DNA of 64,000 nt, from the IMG/VR virus record IMGVR_UViG_3300021400_003144; one strand, written 5' to 3'. Every line of letters starts with the position of its first letter. Within the stretch, counting starts at the first letter, position 1. Under the pieces are notes generated by a model, which saw only the letters and a list, made by a program, of their open reading frames with translations, ran no database searches and had not been told where the DNA came from. Below, in pieces: positions 29,059-40,095 of the stretch. The translations under genes and the position numbers were made by a program. This stretch comes from a virus. Its lineage: Duplodnaviria > Caudoviricetes.

Positions 29059-29565
29059 ATGGTAGTTCAGGAGTATATAAAGGAAAACTTTAATGGTAAA
29101 AAGTTAGAGCTTTGTATGTATGATAAAGACAAAGAAGAAGAGGTTGGCATACTTAAACTAAGAAAGAACATATACAAGCTTATAGGGTACTGTAAAACAG
29201 ATAAAGTGAAGTTTATTGAATTTAAAGATGACCTTATTATGATTGAAGCTAACATAGGGTGTGGAGTGCATGCTACTATTGAAAATGTTAAGAGATGCAT
29301 AGAAGATGAAGAGAAAGAAATAAGTAAGAGTAAGATTAATAGGAACAAAGTTAATGTAGCAGTTCATGTAGCAGTTAATCTGTTATATCTAGTGATTGCA
29401 ACTGTTGTTATTATATGTAATTCTGATAAAATTGGTGTATATTCGATTATTAAAATAAATGCTGTGCTAAACTTCATTTTTGTGTCTTGTGTATTCGTAA
29501 CAAGAAATCTGTGTAATACATATAGAAATTGGAAAAGGGCAGGAGAAGTATTAGCACAGCTGTAA
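29059..29565 (+). CDS. membrane protein with two C-terminal TM helices
   Basis: Hydrophobic segments; GAGG RBS. Confidence 0.7.
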   Translation: MVVQEYIKENFNGKKLELCMYDKDKEEEVGILKLRKNIYKLIGYCKTDKVKFIEFKDDLIMIEANIGCGVHATIENVKRCIEDEEKEISKSKINRNKVNVAVHVAVNLLYLVIATVVIICNSDKIGVYSIIKINAVLNFIFVSCVFVTRNLCNTYRNWKRAGEVLAQL

Positions 29566-29585
29566 ATAAAATATTAGGGTTTATT

Positions 29586-29676
29586 GAGTAGTATAGGCAT
29601 ATAATCTATGCTACTTTTTATTTTAGATAAAAATAATTTAAAAAGTATTGAAATATTAAAGTTAATGTGATATAAT
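29586..29676 (+). promoter_or_regulatory. terminator plus extended -10 sigmaA promoter module
   Basis: Hairpin/T-tract 29586-29624; AAGTA-TTGAAA(29648)-17-TATAAT with TG. Confidence 0.75.
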
Positions 29677-29722
29677 ATACAAAGATAGTATAAATATTAT
29701 ATACATAGTGTATGGTGATAAT

Positions 29723-30277
29723 ATGACTCTTAGAGAGCTAGTTGATATAAAAGAAACATTTGAGACACTTAATGGATTAAATTTAATAATAAATGAGATT
29801 AATACTAATTATAACGAATTTGAGGTATATTATTGTATTACATATAAATTTATGAGAAACATTGGTATAGAATTTGATGTTTCTGCAAGGACAAGCACTC
29901 TTAAATGGTTATATAATAATTGCAAGATTGTAAATAAGAATCCTATTAAGCATATAAAACAAAAACATGATTATTCACTGAGATCAGTAAGAAAAGATGC
30001 TATTCTAAATATAATAGGAGATGTAGATATTAATAAAGATAAGGGATATGTAGTATTTTGGGATAATGCCACTAAGGATTTAATATGTGTAGTAAACTAT
30101 CAATTAATGAGCCCAGATAAACAGAAGATTATAGATGGTCTTGTAAACAAATACTATACAAGGATGCTTGAGACATATAATAAGGAGATAGAGAAGCTAA
30201 GTGGGTTGAGTAGAGAATCAATTCAAGCTATTGTGCTCGAGTGGGTGAGGCGAGGCTTAATGATGGCAAGAGATTAA
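29723..30277 (+). CDS. paralogous family member
   Basis: MTLRELVDIKETFE...IIGDVDINK...VFWD...KQKIIDGLVNKYY. Confidence 0.8.
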   Translation: MTLRELVDIKETFETLNGLNLIINEINTNYNEFEVYYCITYKFMRNIGIEFDVSARTSTLKWLYNNCKIVNKNPIKHIKQKHDYSLRSVRKDAILNIIGDVDINKDKGYVVFWDNATKDLICVVNYQLMSPDKQKIIDGLVNKYYTRMLETYNKEIEKLSGLSRESIQAIVLEWVRRGLMMARD

Positions 30278-30297
30278 ATAGGTAAGTGGGTAGCAGT

Positions 30298-30807
30298 ATG
30301 ACAATTAAAGAGCTTGTTGACATGAAAAGGACATTTGAAGGCTGTCGTAGTTTAAAGTTTATAGTAACTGGGATTATTGCAGATTATGATGCATTTGAAG
30401 AATATTATTATGCTACATATAACTGTAATTTAAGGTTTGATATGGACTTTCATATTCATGCACATGATACAGGCATTATTGACTGCATATACTGTTGGTG
30501 TAAGCCTGTGAATAAGAATAGTATTAAGTATGACAGTTCAGATGAAGGTTATGAACTGAGGTCACTAAACATGGATGCTATTATAAATGTAGTAGGTGAT
30601 GTAGATATTGATAAACATGGGGAATATGAAGTATTCTGGGATGACAAATTTAAGGACTTATTCATTATAGTGAAATATCAATCAATGAGTTCAGATAAAC
30701 AGAAGATTATAGATGAACTTGTAAATAAATACTATACAAAAATGGTTGAGACATTCAATAAGGGAAAAGATAAATTTGTTAATTTAAGAAAGGTGTTAGG
30801 CTATTAG
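30298..30807 (+). CDS. paralogous family member
   Basis: MTIKELVDMKRTFE...VVGDVDIDK...VFWD...KQKIIDELVNKYY. Confidence 0.8.
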   Translation: MTIKELVDMKRTFEGCRSLKFIVTGIIADYDAFEEYYYATYNCNLRFDMDFHIHAHDTGIIDCIYCWCKPVNKNSIKYDSSDEGYELRSLNMDAIINVVGDVDIDKHGEYEVFWDDKFKDLFIIVKYQSMSSDKQKIIDELVNKYYTKMVETFNKGKDKFVNLRKVLGY

Positions 30808-30830
30808 GGATATAAGATAGAAAGGTTTAA

Positions 30831-30916
30831 AGCATATACATTAAGTATATGCTATTTTTATTTTATAGAAAATAATTTTAAAAAGTATTGATTTATTGAT
30901 AAAAATGTATTATAAT
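30831..30916 (+). promoter_or_regulatory. terminator plus sigmaA promoter module, near-copy of 29586-29676
   Basis: AGCATATAC/GTATATGCT hairpin; AAAAGTA-TTGATT(30888)-17-TATAAT. Confidence 0.7.
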
Positions 30917-30959
30917 ATATAAAAATGAAGTGATGGAGTATTGTAAGTAGGAATGTGTT

Positions 30960-31103
30960 ATGACAGTAAAAGAATTTATTGACACTAAAACTACATTTGA
31001 AACATTTAAAGGTGTTAAGCTAATCATAGCAGGTGTTAAGATAGAGCTTCCTAGCTTGCATATGTTGAAAAATTATCTGTTTAAGATAAATATGCTAAGT
31101 TAA
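30960..31103 (+). pseudogene. truncated 47-aa member of the paralogous family
   Basis: MTVKEFIDTKTTFETFKGVKLII then diverges and stops. Confidence 0.55.
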
Positions 31104-31130
31104 ATATGAAGGGGATTTATAGGTGATAGT

Positions 31131-31895
31131 ATGACATTTAAAGAATTAGTTGATATGAAAAAGACATTTGAGAATGTTAATAAGGTTAGACTTATAATAT
31201 CTGAAGTTAATACAGAGTATGCTGACTTTGATAGAGTATTTTATAAATTACTTTATAGTGGGGTTGACAATAAAAGTTTTAAATTAGGGTTTAATATTGA
31301 GACTACGATGTATGATTATAAAGACATTGTTGATGATTCATATTCTAATTATAAGGTTGTAAACAAGGATAGTATTAAGTATGACAGTTCAGGTTATGGT
31401 TATATGCTAATGTCAACTGACTTAGATACTATTATGAATATAATAGGTGATGTAGATATTAATAAGAATAACGAGTATGCAGTGTTTTGGAATGAGCAAG
31501 GTGTTTTAAGGTGTATAGTAAATTATAATCTAATGAGCATGAATAAGCAGAAGGTTGTAGATGACCTCATTTATAAGTATTATACAAAAATGAATGAGAT
31601 ATACATTAAAGAACATAATGATAAAGCAAAAGTAGATTTTACAAGCCCAGAATTTCTGCTTGATTTTATGTTTGGTTCTATGATAGAAATGATAGTTTTG
31701 GTTATGCTTAAACTTCTAAACATGCATAATATGTTGGAGCTGATTATAATAGGATTAAGTTTAATTATATTTATAGTTGCAATGGTATATAGTGCATTCA
31801 AGAATAGACTGTCATATAACATAGATTATGGATTTGAGGTCTTTCAAGCAACAATGCATCCAGAAAAAAGAAAAAAGAAAATAAGAAAGAGATAA
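31131..31895 (+). CDS. paralogous family member with C-terminal TM helices
   Basis: MTFKELVDMKKTFE...IIGDVDINK...VFWN...KQKVVDDLIYKYY plus 2 TM segments. Confidence 0.8.
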   Translation: MTFKELVDMKKTFENVNKVRLIISEVNTEYADFDRVFYKLLYSGVDNKSFKLGFNIETTMYDYKDIVDDSYSNYKVVNKDSIKYDSSGYGYMLMSTDLDTIMNIIGDVDINKNNEYAVFWNEQGVLRCIVNYNLMSMNKQKVVDDLIYKYYTKMNEIYIKEHNDKAKVDFTSPEFLLDFMFGSMIEMIVLVMLKLLNMHNMLELIIIGLSLIIFIVAMVYSAFKNRLSYNIDYGFEVFQATMHPEKRKKKIRKR

Positions 31896-31961
31896 GATAA
31901 GCTTGAAAATCTTAGTAACTATGTTGATAAATTAAGAAGCATAGCAGATAATGGTGGGGAT

Positions 31962-34295
31962 ATGTTTAATAGGGCTAAATTGAACAATCTGAATGACTAC
32001 TTTAATAAATTAAGTAGCAGAGAGAATAATGGTGTATACTTCTATAGAATAAATGGGTATTCAACTGACATAGATAAGTTTATAGTGGAATATTATAAGA
32101 CTGCTCTGAATAATGGAGTTATCCTTAGTAAAATACAGAATCCTGATGAAAAGAACTTAGAATACTATAATGAAGTTATGGGCAGTAACTTCATATTAGA
32201 CTTGAAATTTATAAAGGATAGTCTAAATAAGTGGCTACCTAGATTAAATAATAGTCAGGCTGATAGTGTAGCTGAAGCTATGTATAATGTTCTTGAAGAT
32301 TTAAAGAAGAACGGAAAGACAGATAGTATAATTAAGAACACATATATTAAGTTTATGTGCTGGTTATACTATAAGTTTGAAAGAATAGTAAATCAGTTAG
32401 GAAATGAAAATATACCTAAGATACTATATTTTGGCAGTAATATAAGTAGGCATGAATTATTGCTTTTGTCAGTATTAAATAAAGCAGGCTGTGATATAGT
32501 CCTAGTTCAAATGCAGGGTGACCTAGAGTATAGTAAGTTAGACAGTGACAATAGCATATCAGACAAGTTAGATATAGAGGGGTTGCAGGAATTTCCTGAT
32601 GGGTATTCATTAGATAAAATAAAGCATGACGTTCAGGCAGATGCTGAGACAGATAGACTATATTATAGCTTGTGTTTAAGCAATGGACGAGAAATGAATG
32701 GTACTTCTTGGAACAAAAAGATTATAAAGTGTAGCACTAATGATTGGATAGATGACAATAAGATTGATTTTGATAAAGCATTGAGTCTTATACAGACAAC
32801 TGGTAAGGTTAGACATGCTAATTTGAATGAGGATACATTCTATAACTGTTTCTTTAGAGTCATTGGTACTGAAGATAAGATGCTTTATGAGGAAAAACTA
32901 TTTAAGTTCCAGAGTGAGTTAAAAGCAAATAAACGTAATTTAGTCATTGTAAATAAAGAGATTGGCAAGCCAACTGTTGATGAAGTGTCTAAGGTGAACA
33001 GAACAAATTATAAAGATATCAATAGTTTAATAGCTGGGCTTGCAGGAAATATAAGGTATTTAGGAAATGATGATATACATAGGATTATGATTAAGTCATT
33101 TGTAGATACCATGATTGAGGCTGGTAAAATAGAAGATAACATAAATAGATTGACAAATAAGGCAGTATATTTGATTTGTTGGTTGAACAGATATAAAGAT
33201 AAGCTGTTTAAGGGTTGGATGTACGGAGATACAGCTTGTTTTGTTTATCTAGGTGGCTGTAAGGATTGCAGTGAGTCACTATTTATTAAATTTCTATCTA
33301 AGTTACCTGTGGATATACTTATTTTATGTCCTAGTCAATTACATAAGTGTGTTTTAAAGGATGATGCATTGTATGAGATAATTGGAACAGATTATTTAGA
33401 TATGGAGGTCTTTCCTGAGGAAAATACTAGCATCAGAACATTAGCTTATAATGCTGAAAGAGAGTTGGATACACTGTTATATACAGATTCTGGTATTTAC
33501 AGAGATAAGCAGTTCAGAAAAATAAATACAATTAATCTTAAAACTATGTATGAGGAAATTGCTACTCTTTGGAAAAACTGCTTGCAGTATAGAACAGGAT
33601 TTAATGTGACAGGTGATACAGCTAATTTACCTGTTATATTTGCTAAGGTATCTGGTGTAAAAAATGGAGATATAGATAGGTATTGGTTTGAGATAAGCAG
33701 GCTGATTACACCTGATACATTACTTATAACAAGTGCTCCTTACATAAAGACAAATACATTTTGTTGGAACAATAGCGTTGAGTGTTATAAGCGTGGAAAG
33801 CTTGATAGAGACAGAATAAAATCTAACTATGCATATGCATATAACATACTTAGAGATGATATTCAGAACTTGATTTTAGATAAGCTACAGCTTATGTTAG
33901 ATAAATCTCTAATAAAAGGTATGGGTCAGAATGGAACAGAATATTTAGTAATTGCTGAAATTTTAAGTCTTCCAAAAGAAGTAGTAAGGCTTATACAGAA
34001 GTTTGATTTTACAAAGGTAAATCCTAAGGTTATATATGTGCATACAGGTGATGGCATAGTGTCTATAGAAGATGCAATAATGTTAACTTTCTTGAATTTA
34101 ATTGGGTTTGATATAATTTTGTTTACACCTACTGGATATAACATGCTTGGAACATATATTAATGACTGTAATATAGTAGAATATCAAATTGGTGATTATT
34201 TTTATGACTTGCAAGTTCCAGATTTGCATAATTATAATTTATCTTCACCATTGCAACAAATAAAGAAGTTTTTTATTAAGAGAGGGATTAAATAA
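31962..34295 (+). CDS. YceG-like Ter-operon protein
   Basis: YIKFMCWLYYKFER, TLAYNAEREL, KTMYEEI, FDFTKVNPK, GFDIILFTPTGY; position before telA and terD. Confidence 0.8.
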   Translation: MFNRAKLNNLNDYFNKLSSRENNGVYFYRINGYSTDIDKFIVEYYKTALNNGVILSKIQNPDEKNLEYYNEVMGSNFILDLKFIKDSLNKWLPRLNNSQADSVAEAMYNVLEDLKKNGKTDSIIKNTYIKFMCWLYYKFERIVNQLGNENIPKILYFGSNISRHELLLLSVLNKAGCDIVLVQMQGDLEYSKLDSDNSISDKLDIEGLQEFPDGYSLDKIKHDVQADAETDRLYYSLCLSNGREMNGTSWNKKIIKCSTNDWIDDNKIDFDKALSLIQTTGKVRHANLNEDTFYNCFFRVIGTEDKMLYEEKLFKFQSELKANKRNLVIVNKEIGKPTVDEVSKVNRTNYKDINSLIAGLAGNIRYLGNDDIHRIMIKSFVDTMIEAGKIEDNINRLTNKAVYLICWLNRYKDKLFKGWMYGDTACFVYLGGCKDCSESLFIKFLSKLPVDILILCPSQLHKCVLKDDALYEIIGTDYLDMEVFPEENTSIRTLAYNAERELDTLLYTDSGIYRDKQFRKINTINLKTMYEEIATLWKNCLQYRTGFNVTGDTANLPVIFAKVSGVKNGDIDRYWFEISRLITPDTLLITSAPYIKTNTFCWNNSVECYKRGKLDRDRIKSNYAYAYNILRDDIQNLILDKLQLMLDKSLIKGMGQNGTEYLVIAEILSLPKEVVRLIQKFDFTKVNPKVIYVHTGDGIVSIEDAIMLTFLNLIGFDIILFTPTGYNMLGTYINDCNIVEYQIGDYFYDLQVPDLHNYNLSSPLQQIKKFFIKRGIK

Positions 34296-35440
34296 TGGGT
34301 ATTAAGTTTAAATCAGAAGAAAAGGCAGAAACACCAGTAGCAACTGCTCCTGTAGCAGAGGTAAAAGATGAGATTACTGAGGTAGAACAGTATGACATTG
34401 TAGCAGATAGAGAGAAGATGAATGCAGAGCTTGCAAACTCTGAGGAAGTTGATGCTCTCGTAAGTACCATTGAGGTTGATAATCTTGAGAGTATTGTAAA
34501 CTTTGGAGCTGATGTAGCTAGTGAAATTTCAAAGGCTTCAGATGTTGTGCTTAATAGTATGGATATGACTCAGCTTGACGGTACAGGTGAGCTTATGAAG
34601 GCTCTTGCTGACATCATGGAGAAGTTTGATGTTAAGGAAGTTGAAAATGAGCCTAACTTACTTCAAAAGCTTTTTACAAATATGGAAAAGCAGATTGAGA
34701 AGATTATGCATAAGTACAATACAATGGGTAATGAGATTGACAGAATATATGTTCAGCTTAAGCAGTATGAGAGTGAGATTAAGCAGTCAAATAAAAATCT
34801 TGCACTTATGTTTGATACTAATGTAAATTACTATCATGACCTTGTTAAGTACATTCTTGCAGGTGAGCAGGCATGTAAGGAAATTAAAGATTATCTTGAG
34901 CAGAAGCAGAAGGAGTTTGATAAGACTGGAGATACATCACTTCAGTTTGAGATTAATAATCTGAATCAGGCTCTTAGCATGATGGAGCAGAGAACTTATG
35001 ACCTCAGAACAGCTGAGAATGTAGCAATGCAGTCTATTCCTATGATTAAGACAATGGAGTTTAGTAACTATAATCTTGTAAGAAAGATTAATTCTGCATT
35101 TATAATTACACTGCCAGTATTTAAGCAGGCATTAGCTCAGGCTATTTTACTTAAGAGGCAGAAGATACAGGCTGAGTCATTGAGTGCTCTTGATAAGAAA
35201 ACTAATGAGATGCTTGTTAAGAATGCTCAGAACAATATGGAAGTAACTAAGCAGGCAGCTAGACTTGCATCTGGTAGCACAATTAAGATTGATACTCTTG
35301 AAAAGACATGGCAGACAATCACTAGTGGTATTGCTGAGACAAAGCAGATTGAGGAAGAGGCTCGTAATCAGAGAAATAGTGATAAAGTTAGACTTGAAGC
35401 ACTCAAGAATGAATTTATGGCTACTTATAATAAAAAGTGA
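34295..35440 (+). CDS. telA: toxic anion resistance protein (TelA/YceH family)
   Basis: Coiled coil; IVNFGAD, NLVRKINSAFIITLPVFK, TNEMLVKNA. Confidence 0.88.
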   Translation: MGIKFKSEEKAETPVATAPVAEVKDEITEVEQYDIVADREKMNAELANSEEVDALVSTIEVDNLESIVNFGADVASEISKASDVVLNSMDMTQLDGTGELMKALADIMEKFDVKEVENEPNLLQKLFTNMEKQIEKIMHKYNTMGNEIDRIYVQLKQYESEIKQSNKNLALMFDTNVNYYHDLVKYILAGEQACKEIKDYLEQKQKEFDKTGDTSLQFEINNLNQALSMMEQRTYDLRTAENVAMQSIPMIKTMEFSNYNLVRKINSAFIITLPVFKQALAQAILLKRQKIQAESLSALDKKTNEMLVKNAQNNMEVTKQAARLASGSTIKIDTLEKTWQTITSGIAETKQIEEEARNQRNSDKVRLEALKNEFMATYNKK

Positions 35441-35534
35441 GTAGGATTTACATGCTCAATTTAGTAGATTGGGCATGTAAATATTATAAGGTATAATTAA
35501 AATTTTAAATAAATGTTTATTTTGGAGGTATATT

Positions 35535-36116
35535 ATGTCAGTAAAGTTGTCAAAAGGACAGAAGGTTAGCCTTTCTAAGGAAAATCCTAATCTGTATAAA
35601 ATCACTGTAGGTCTTGGTTGGGATGTAAATGAATATGATTCAGGCTATAACTTTGACCTTGACGCTGCAGCTTTTCTTTTAGGTAGCAGAGGAACATGTC
35701 CTACTGAAGATGATTTTGTTTTCTATAATAATCTTAAGCATAAGAGTGGTTCTGTAGAGCACCTTGGTGATAATCTTACAGGTGCAGGAGAGGGTGATGA
35801 TGAGCAGATTAAAGTTGACCTTTCAGCAGTTCCTGATGAAATTGAGAGGATTGCATTTACAGTAACAATTTTTGATGCAACAAAGAGAAATCAGAACTTT
35901 GGTCAGGTATCAAATGCCTATATTCATATCATTGATGATGTTACTGGAAATGAGATTATCAGATATGATTTGGGAGAGGACTTCAGTATTGAGACAGCTG
36001 TAGTTGTAGGAGAGCTTTACAGAAATAATGGAGAATGGAAGTTCAATGCTATAGGCAGTGGTTTCCAGGGTGGTCTTGCAGCATTGTGTGCTCATTTTGG
36101 TATTGATGCTGAGTAA
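35535..36116 (+). CDS. terD: TerD-family stress protein
   Basis: [42 protein letters not shown]. Confidence 0.92.
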   Translation: MSVKLSKGQKVSLSKENPNLYKITVGLGWDVNEYDSGYNFDLDAAAFLLGSRGTCPTEDDFVFYNNLKHKSGSVEHLGDNLTGAGEGDDEQIKVDLSAVPDEIERIAFTVTIFDATKRNQNFGQVSNAYIHIIDDVTGNEIIRYDLGEDFSIETAVVVGELYRNNGEWKFNAIGSGFQGGLAALCAHFGIDAE

Positions 36117-36136
36117 AATATAGGAGGTAGTTTTAA

Positions 36137-36718
36137 ATGGGTATTTGTTTAACTAAAGGGCAGAAGGTAAGTCTTACAAAGGATAATCCAGGTCTTAAGA
36201 ATGTTATAGTAGGGCTTGGCTGGGATGCAAATGTGTTTGATACAGGTGATGCTTTTGACCTTGATGCATCAGTATTTCTTCTTGGTGAAGATGGTAAGGT
36301 TACAAGTACAGATGATTTTGTATTTTATGGAAATAAGGTACATAAGTCTGGTTCAGTAGAGCATCTTGGAGATAACAGAACTGGTGATGGTGAAGGTGAT
36401 GATGAACAGATTAAGGTAGACCTTTCTAAGGTTCCTGAGAACATTAAGAAGATTGTTTTCACTGTTACAATCTATGATTATGAGACTAGAAAGCAGAACT
36501 TCGGACAGGTTGAAAATGCTTATGTAAGAATCATTGATGAAAATACAGGAACAGAGCTTGTAAGATATGACCTTTGTGAAGATTTTAGCATTGAGTCAGC
36601 TGTAGTATTTGGTGAGTTGTATAGAAACAATGGTGAGTGGAAGTTTAATGCTATTGGTTCTGGATATCAGGGTGGACTTGCAGCTCTTTGTAACAACTAC
36701 AACGTAGATGTTGATTAA
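36137..36718 (+). CDS. terD: TerD-family stress protein
   Basis: Same motifs; [15 protein letters not shown]. Confidence 0.92.
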   Translation: MGICLTKGQKVSLTKDNPGLKNVIVGLGWDANVFDTGDAFDLDASVFLLGEDGKVTSTDDFVFYGNKVHKSGSVEHLGDNRTGDGEGDDEQIKVDLSKVPENIKKIVFTVTIYDYETRKQNFGQVENAYVRIIDENTGTELVRYDLCEDFSIESAVVFGELYRNNGEWKFNAIGSGYQGGLAALCNNYNVDVD

Positions 36719-36791
36719 ATGAAAAGTATAAAAATGGATTGTTCACAAATAAATGTGAGCAGTCCATTTAAAATTAAATAGGAGATTCAAT

Positions 36792-37421
36792 ATGAGTGTA
36801 AGTTTAAAGAAGGGTGAAAGAATTAGTCTCAGTAAGGAAAGTAAAGGACTTTCAAATATTACAGTAGGTCTTGGATGGCATGAGAATGATGCAAAGGGTG
36901 GAAATGGAGGATTCTTTGGTAAGCTTTTTGGTAGTTCATCAAGTTCAGGAAGCTCTTATGACTTTGACTGTGATGCTTCAGCATTGTTACTTGAGGATGG
37001 AAAGTTTGTAAATACAAGGGATTTGGTCTATTTCGGAAATTTGAGACATATATCTGGAGCAGTAAATCATTCCGGTGATAATCTTACTGGTGGCGGTGAT
37101 AGTGCTAATGACAGTGAACAGATTAAGATTGAACTTGATAAGGTTCCTAATCAGTTTGATAAGATTGTCATTGTAGCTAATATCTATCAGGCTAAATCAA
37201 GGAAACAGCATTTCGGAATGATAAAGAATGCTTTTATCAGAATTGTTGATGAAAAGACAGGAACTGAGATGTGCAGATATGACCTTACAGATGATTATTC
37301 TGGTAAGACAACAATCATCTTTGGTGAGATTTACAGAGATGCAGGCGAATGGAAGTTCAATGCTATTGGTAATGGCACTACAGATGGTAATTTAACTGAG
37401 ATTACAAATAGGTTTAGATAA
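36792..37421 (+). CDS. TerD-family stress protein (YceC/TerZ-like)
   Basis: GLGW...GGFFGKLFG insertion, [20 protein letters not shown]. Confidence 0.88.
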   Translation: MSVSLKKGERISLSKESKGLSNITVGLGWHENDAKGGNGGFFGKLFGSSSSSGSSYDFDCDASALLLEDGKFVNTRDLVYFGNLRHISGAVNHSGDNLTGGGDSANDSEQIKIELDKVPNQFDKIVIVANIYQAKSRKQHFGMIKNAFIRIVDEKTGTEMCRYDLTDDYSGKTTIIFGEIYRDAGEWKFNAIGNGTTDGNLTEITNRFR

Positions 37422-37434
37422 GCATACAGATATA

Positions 37435-40083
37435 ATGGAGAATATGGATAAGATGGAGAAGTTGGATAAAGACATTCTGATTAGAGGACTGACAGATGCT
37501 GAAGTAGAAGAGAGCAAGTCAAAGTTCGGTGTGAATGAGTTAGCTAAGAAAGAGACAGAGTCATTATGGCAGATGTTCTTAGGAGCATTTGATGATATCT
37601 GGATTAAAGTACTTTGTGGTGCTTTGATTTTAAAGATTGTTCTTGCAGTAGTAGGTATGTACATTCCTGAAATGTCAGGTGGAAGTGATGCTATTGAGAT
37701 TATCAGTATTGTAATGGCGATTGCATTGGCAACTGGATTTAGTACATTATCTGAGTATAGAAATACTTCAAGGAGTGAGGCTCTGCAGGAAGAGTACAAT
37801 AAGACATATGCCAAGGTAATGAGAAACGGAAAGCTTGTAAATATTCTTACAAGCGAAATTGTTAAGGGTGATGTAATTCTTGTACAGGCAGGTGATAAGG
37901 TTCCAGTTGATGGTTTAATGTTTGATGGAACTGTAAAGGTATCACAGGCAGCTCTTAATGGTGAGTCAAGAGATGAAACTAAGACAGCTACTGATAGTAT
38001 GGAAGAGGCAGAGTCAACAGATTATTCATCTAAGAGTAAAATCTTTATGGGTTCTGTAGTAACATCTGGTGAGGGTTACATGGTAGCTACAGTAATTGGA
38101 GATGCATCAGAACTTGGTAAGATTAACAAAGCTCTTACAGATAATACTGAAGAGGAAAGAAAAGATACAAGTAGTTTAAAGCTTGAGGTTGTAGCAGCTG
38201 GCATTGGTAAACTTGGTGTATCTGCGGCTGTAATAGCTGGTGTACTTCATGTAGGTCTTACACTAATGAGGGCTAATGAAGAGGCTTCACTAGTAACAAT
38301 TCTACTTCTTGTAGCTGAAGCTGTAATGCTTATGGCAAGTATAGTAATCATGGCTGTACCTGAGGGTCTTCCAATGATGAATAGCTTGGTTCAGAGTATG
38401 AATACAGAGAGCATGTATAAGAAAAATATTCTTGTAAGTCATAAGGCAGCATTCTCTGATTCAGCTTATATGAACGTATTGTTTAGTGATAAGACAGGAA
38501 CAATTACTCAGGGTAATCTTTCACTTGTTGAATTTATTACAGGTGATGGTGAAATTGTACCAAGTATTACAGATAGAGAGTTTATTGAAGCCATTACATT
38601 AAATAACCTGGCTAAGATTTCATCAGAGGGTAAGGCTATTGGTTCAAATAACATGGACAGAGCTCTTCTGACATATGCAATTAATAATGGTTATAATGAC
38701 AGCAAGAATGACCCTTCTAAGGTTGAAGAGATTAGTGGTTTTGACTCAGAAAAGAAGTGTGCTACAGTTAAACTTAAGAACGGAGTCATCTATTGGAAGG
38801 GTGCTACAGAGAATATCATTGATAAGGTTACTCATTATGTAGTATCTGACAGTGAGATAAAAGAGTTAACTGCTGAAGATAAGGAAAAGATTAAAGAAGT
38901 AATGCTTGCTCAGGCAAAGAGAACAATGAAACTTCTTAGTGTAGCTAAGATTGATGGTGATAAGACAATTTTATTTGCAATTCTTTGTTTGAGAGATAAC
39001 GTAAGAACAGATGCTGTTGAAACAGTACAGATTCTTAATAAGGCTGGTATTCAGGTAGTAATGGTAACTGGTGATGCAGAGGAAACAGCAGTAGCTATTG
39101 CAAAGGAAGCTGGTATTTATAATGAAGAGCATGGTGATGTAGTTCTTACTCATGAAAAGCTTGAGGGTATGACAGATGATGAACTTAAGGAAGTTCTTCC
39201 TAAGCTTAGAGTAGTAAGTAGAGCTAAGCCTCTTGATAAGAGGAGACTTGTAACATTGTCACAGCAGACAGATAATGTTTGTGGTATGACAGGTGATGGT
39301 GTAAATGATGCTCCTGCATTAAAGCAAGCAGATATTGGTTTTGCAATGGGTGATGGAACAGCAGTAGCTCAGGAAGCAGGAGATGTAGTTATTCTGAATA
39401 ACAGTCTAACATCTATTAAGGACTGTGTTCTTAATAGTAGAACAATGGCTAAGAGTGTTGGAAAGTTCCTTATTTTCCAGTTGACAGTTAATATCAGTAC
39501 ATTGCTGATTAACATAATTGCTCCAATTCTTGGTTGGACAGAGCCATTCAGTATTGTTCAGATTCTTTGGATTAATCTTATTATGGATACGCTCGCAGCT
39601 ATGGCGTTTGGTGGTGAGCCTATTCTTGATAGATATATGAATGAGAAGCCTGTAAAGAGAACTGATAATATTCTTACAAAGTATATTAAATCAGCTATTG
39701 GATTAAGTGCTGTATTCATTACATTTGGTAGTGTTCTAATTCTTGAGAATGTAGCAGGTGTTACAAGTTATGTAACTCCAGAAGGATGTTCTGACCCAGA
39801 GTTATATAAGAAAACATTTATGTTTGCATTCTTCATTTATAGTATAATCTTCAATAGTTTAAATACAAGGTCTGAAACGATTAATGTATTTGAACATATT
39901 AATGAGAATAAGAGATTCATCTCAGTTATGAGTAGCATCTTTATTCTTCAGACAATTATCATTGAAATAGGTGGTAAGGTATTTAGCACAACCACACTAG
40001 ATATTAAAGCTTTACTTGTTTCAATGGCATTAGCATTCTGCATCATTCCTGTGGATATGGTACGAAAGCTAATTACAAAGTAA
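37435..40083 (+). CDS. calcium-translocating P-type ATPase (type II)
   Basis: LNGES, AVPEGLP, FSDKTGTIT, KGATE, MVTGD, TGDGVNDAPALK, FQLTVN, LWINLIMDTLAA. Confidence 0.93.
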   Translation: MENMDKMEKLDKDILIRGLTDAEVEESKSKFGVNELAKKETESLWQMFLGAFDDIWIKVLCGALILKIVLAVVGMYIPEMSGGSDAIEIISIVMAIALATGFSTLSEYRNTSRSEALQEEYNKTYAKVMRNGKLVNILTSEIVKGDVILVQAGDKVPVDGLMFDGTVKVSQAALNGESRDETKTATDSMEEAESTDYSSKSKIFMGSVVTSGEGYMVATVIGDASELGKINKALTDNTEEERKDTSSLKLEVVAAGIGKLGVSAAVIAGVLHVGLTLMRANEEASLVTILLLVAEAVMLMASIVIMAVPEGLPMMNSLVQSMNTESMYKKNILVSHKAAFSDSAYMNVLFSDKTGTITQGNLSLVEFITGDGEIVPSITDREFIEAITLNNLAKISSEGKAIGSNNMDRALLTYAINNGYNDSKNDPSKVEEISGFDSEKKCATVKLKNGVIYWKGATENIIDKVTHYVVSDSEIKELTAEDKEKIKEVMLAQAKRTMKLLSVAKIDGDKTILFAILCLRDNVRTDAVETVQILNKAGIQVVMVTGDAEETAVAIAKEAGIYNEEHGDVVLTHEKLEGMTDDELKEVLPKLRVVSRAKPLDKRRLVTLSQQTDNVCGMTGDGVNDAPALKQADIGFAMGDGTAVAQEAGDVVILNNSLTSIKDCVLNSRTMAKSVGKFLIFQLTVNISTLLINIIAPILGWTEPFSIVQILWINLIMDTLAAMAFGGEPILDRYMNEKPVKRTDNILTKYIKSAIGLSAVFITFGSVLILENVAGVTSYVTPEGCSDPELYKKTFMFAFFIYSIIFNSLNTRSETINVFEHINENKRFISVMSSIFILQTIIIEIGGKVFSTTTLDIKALLVSMALAFCIIPVDMVRKLITK

Positions 40084-40095
40084 TATATACTTTGT

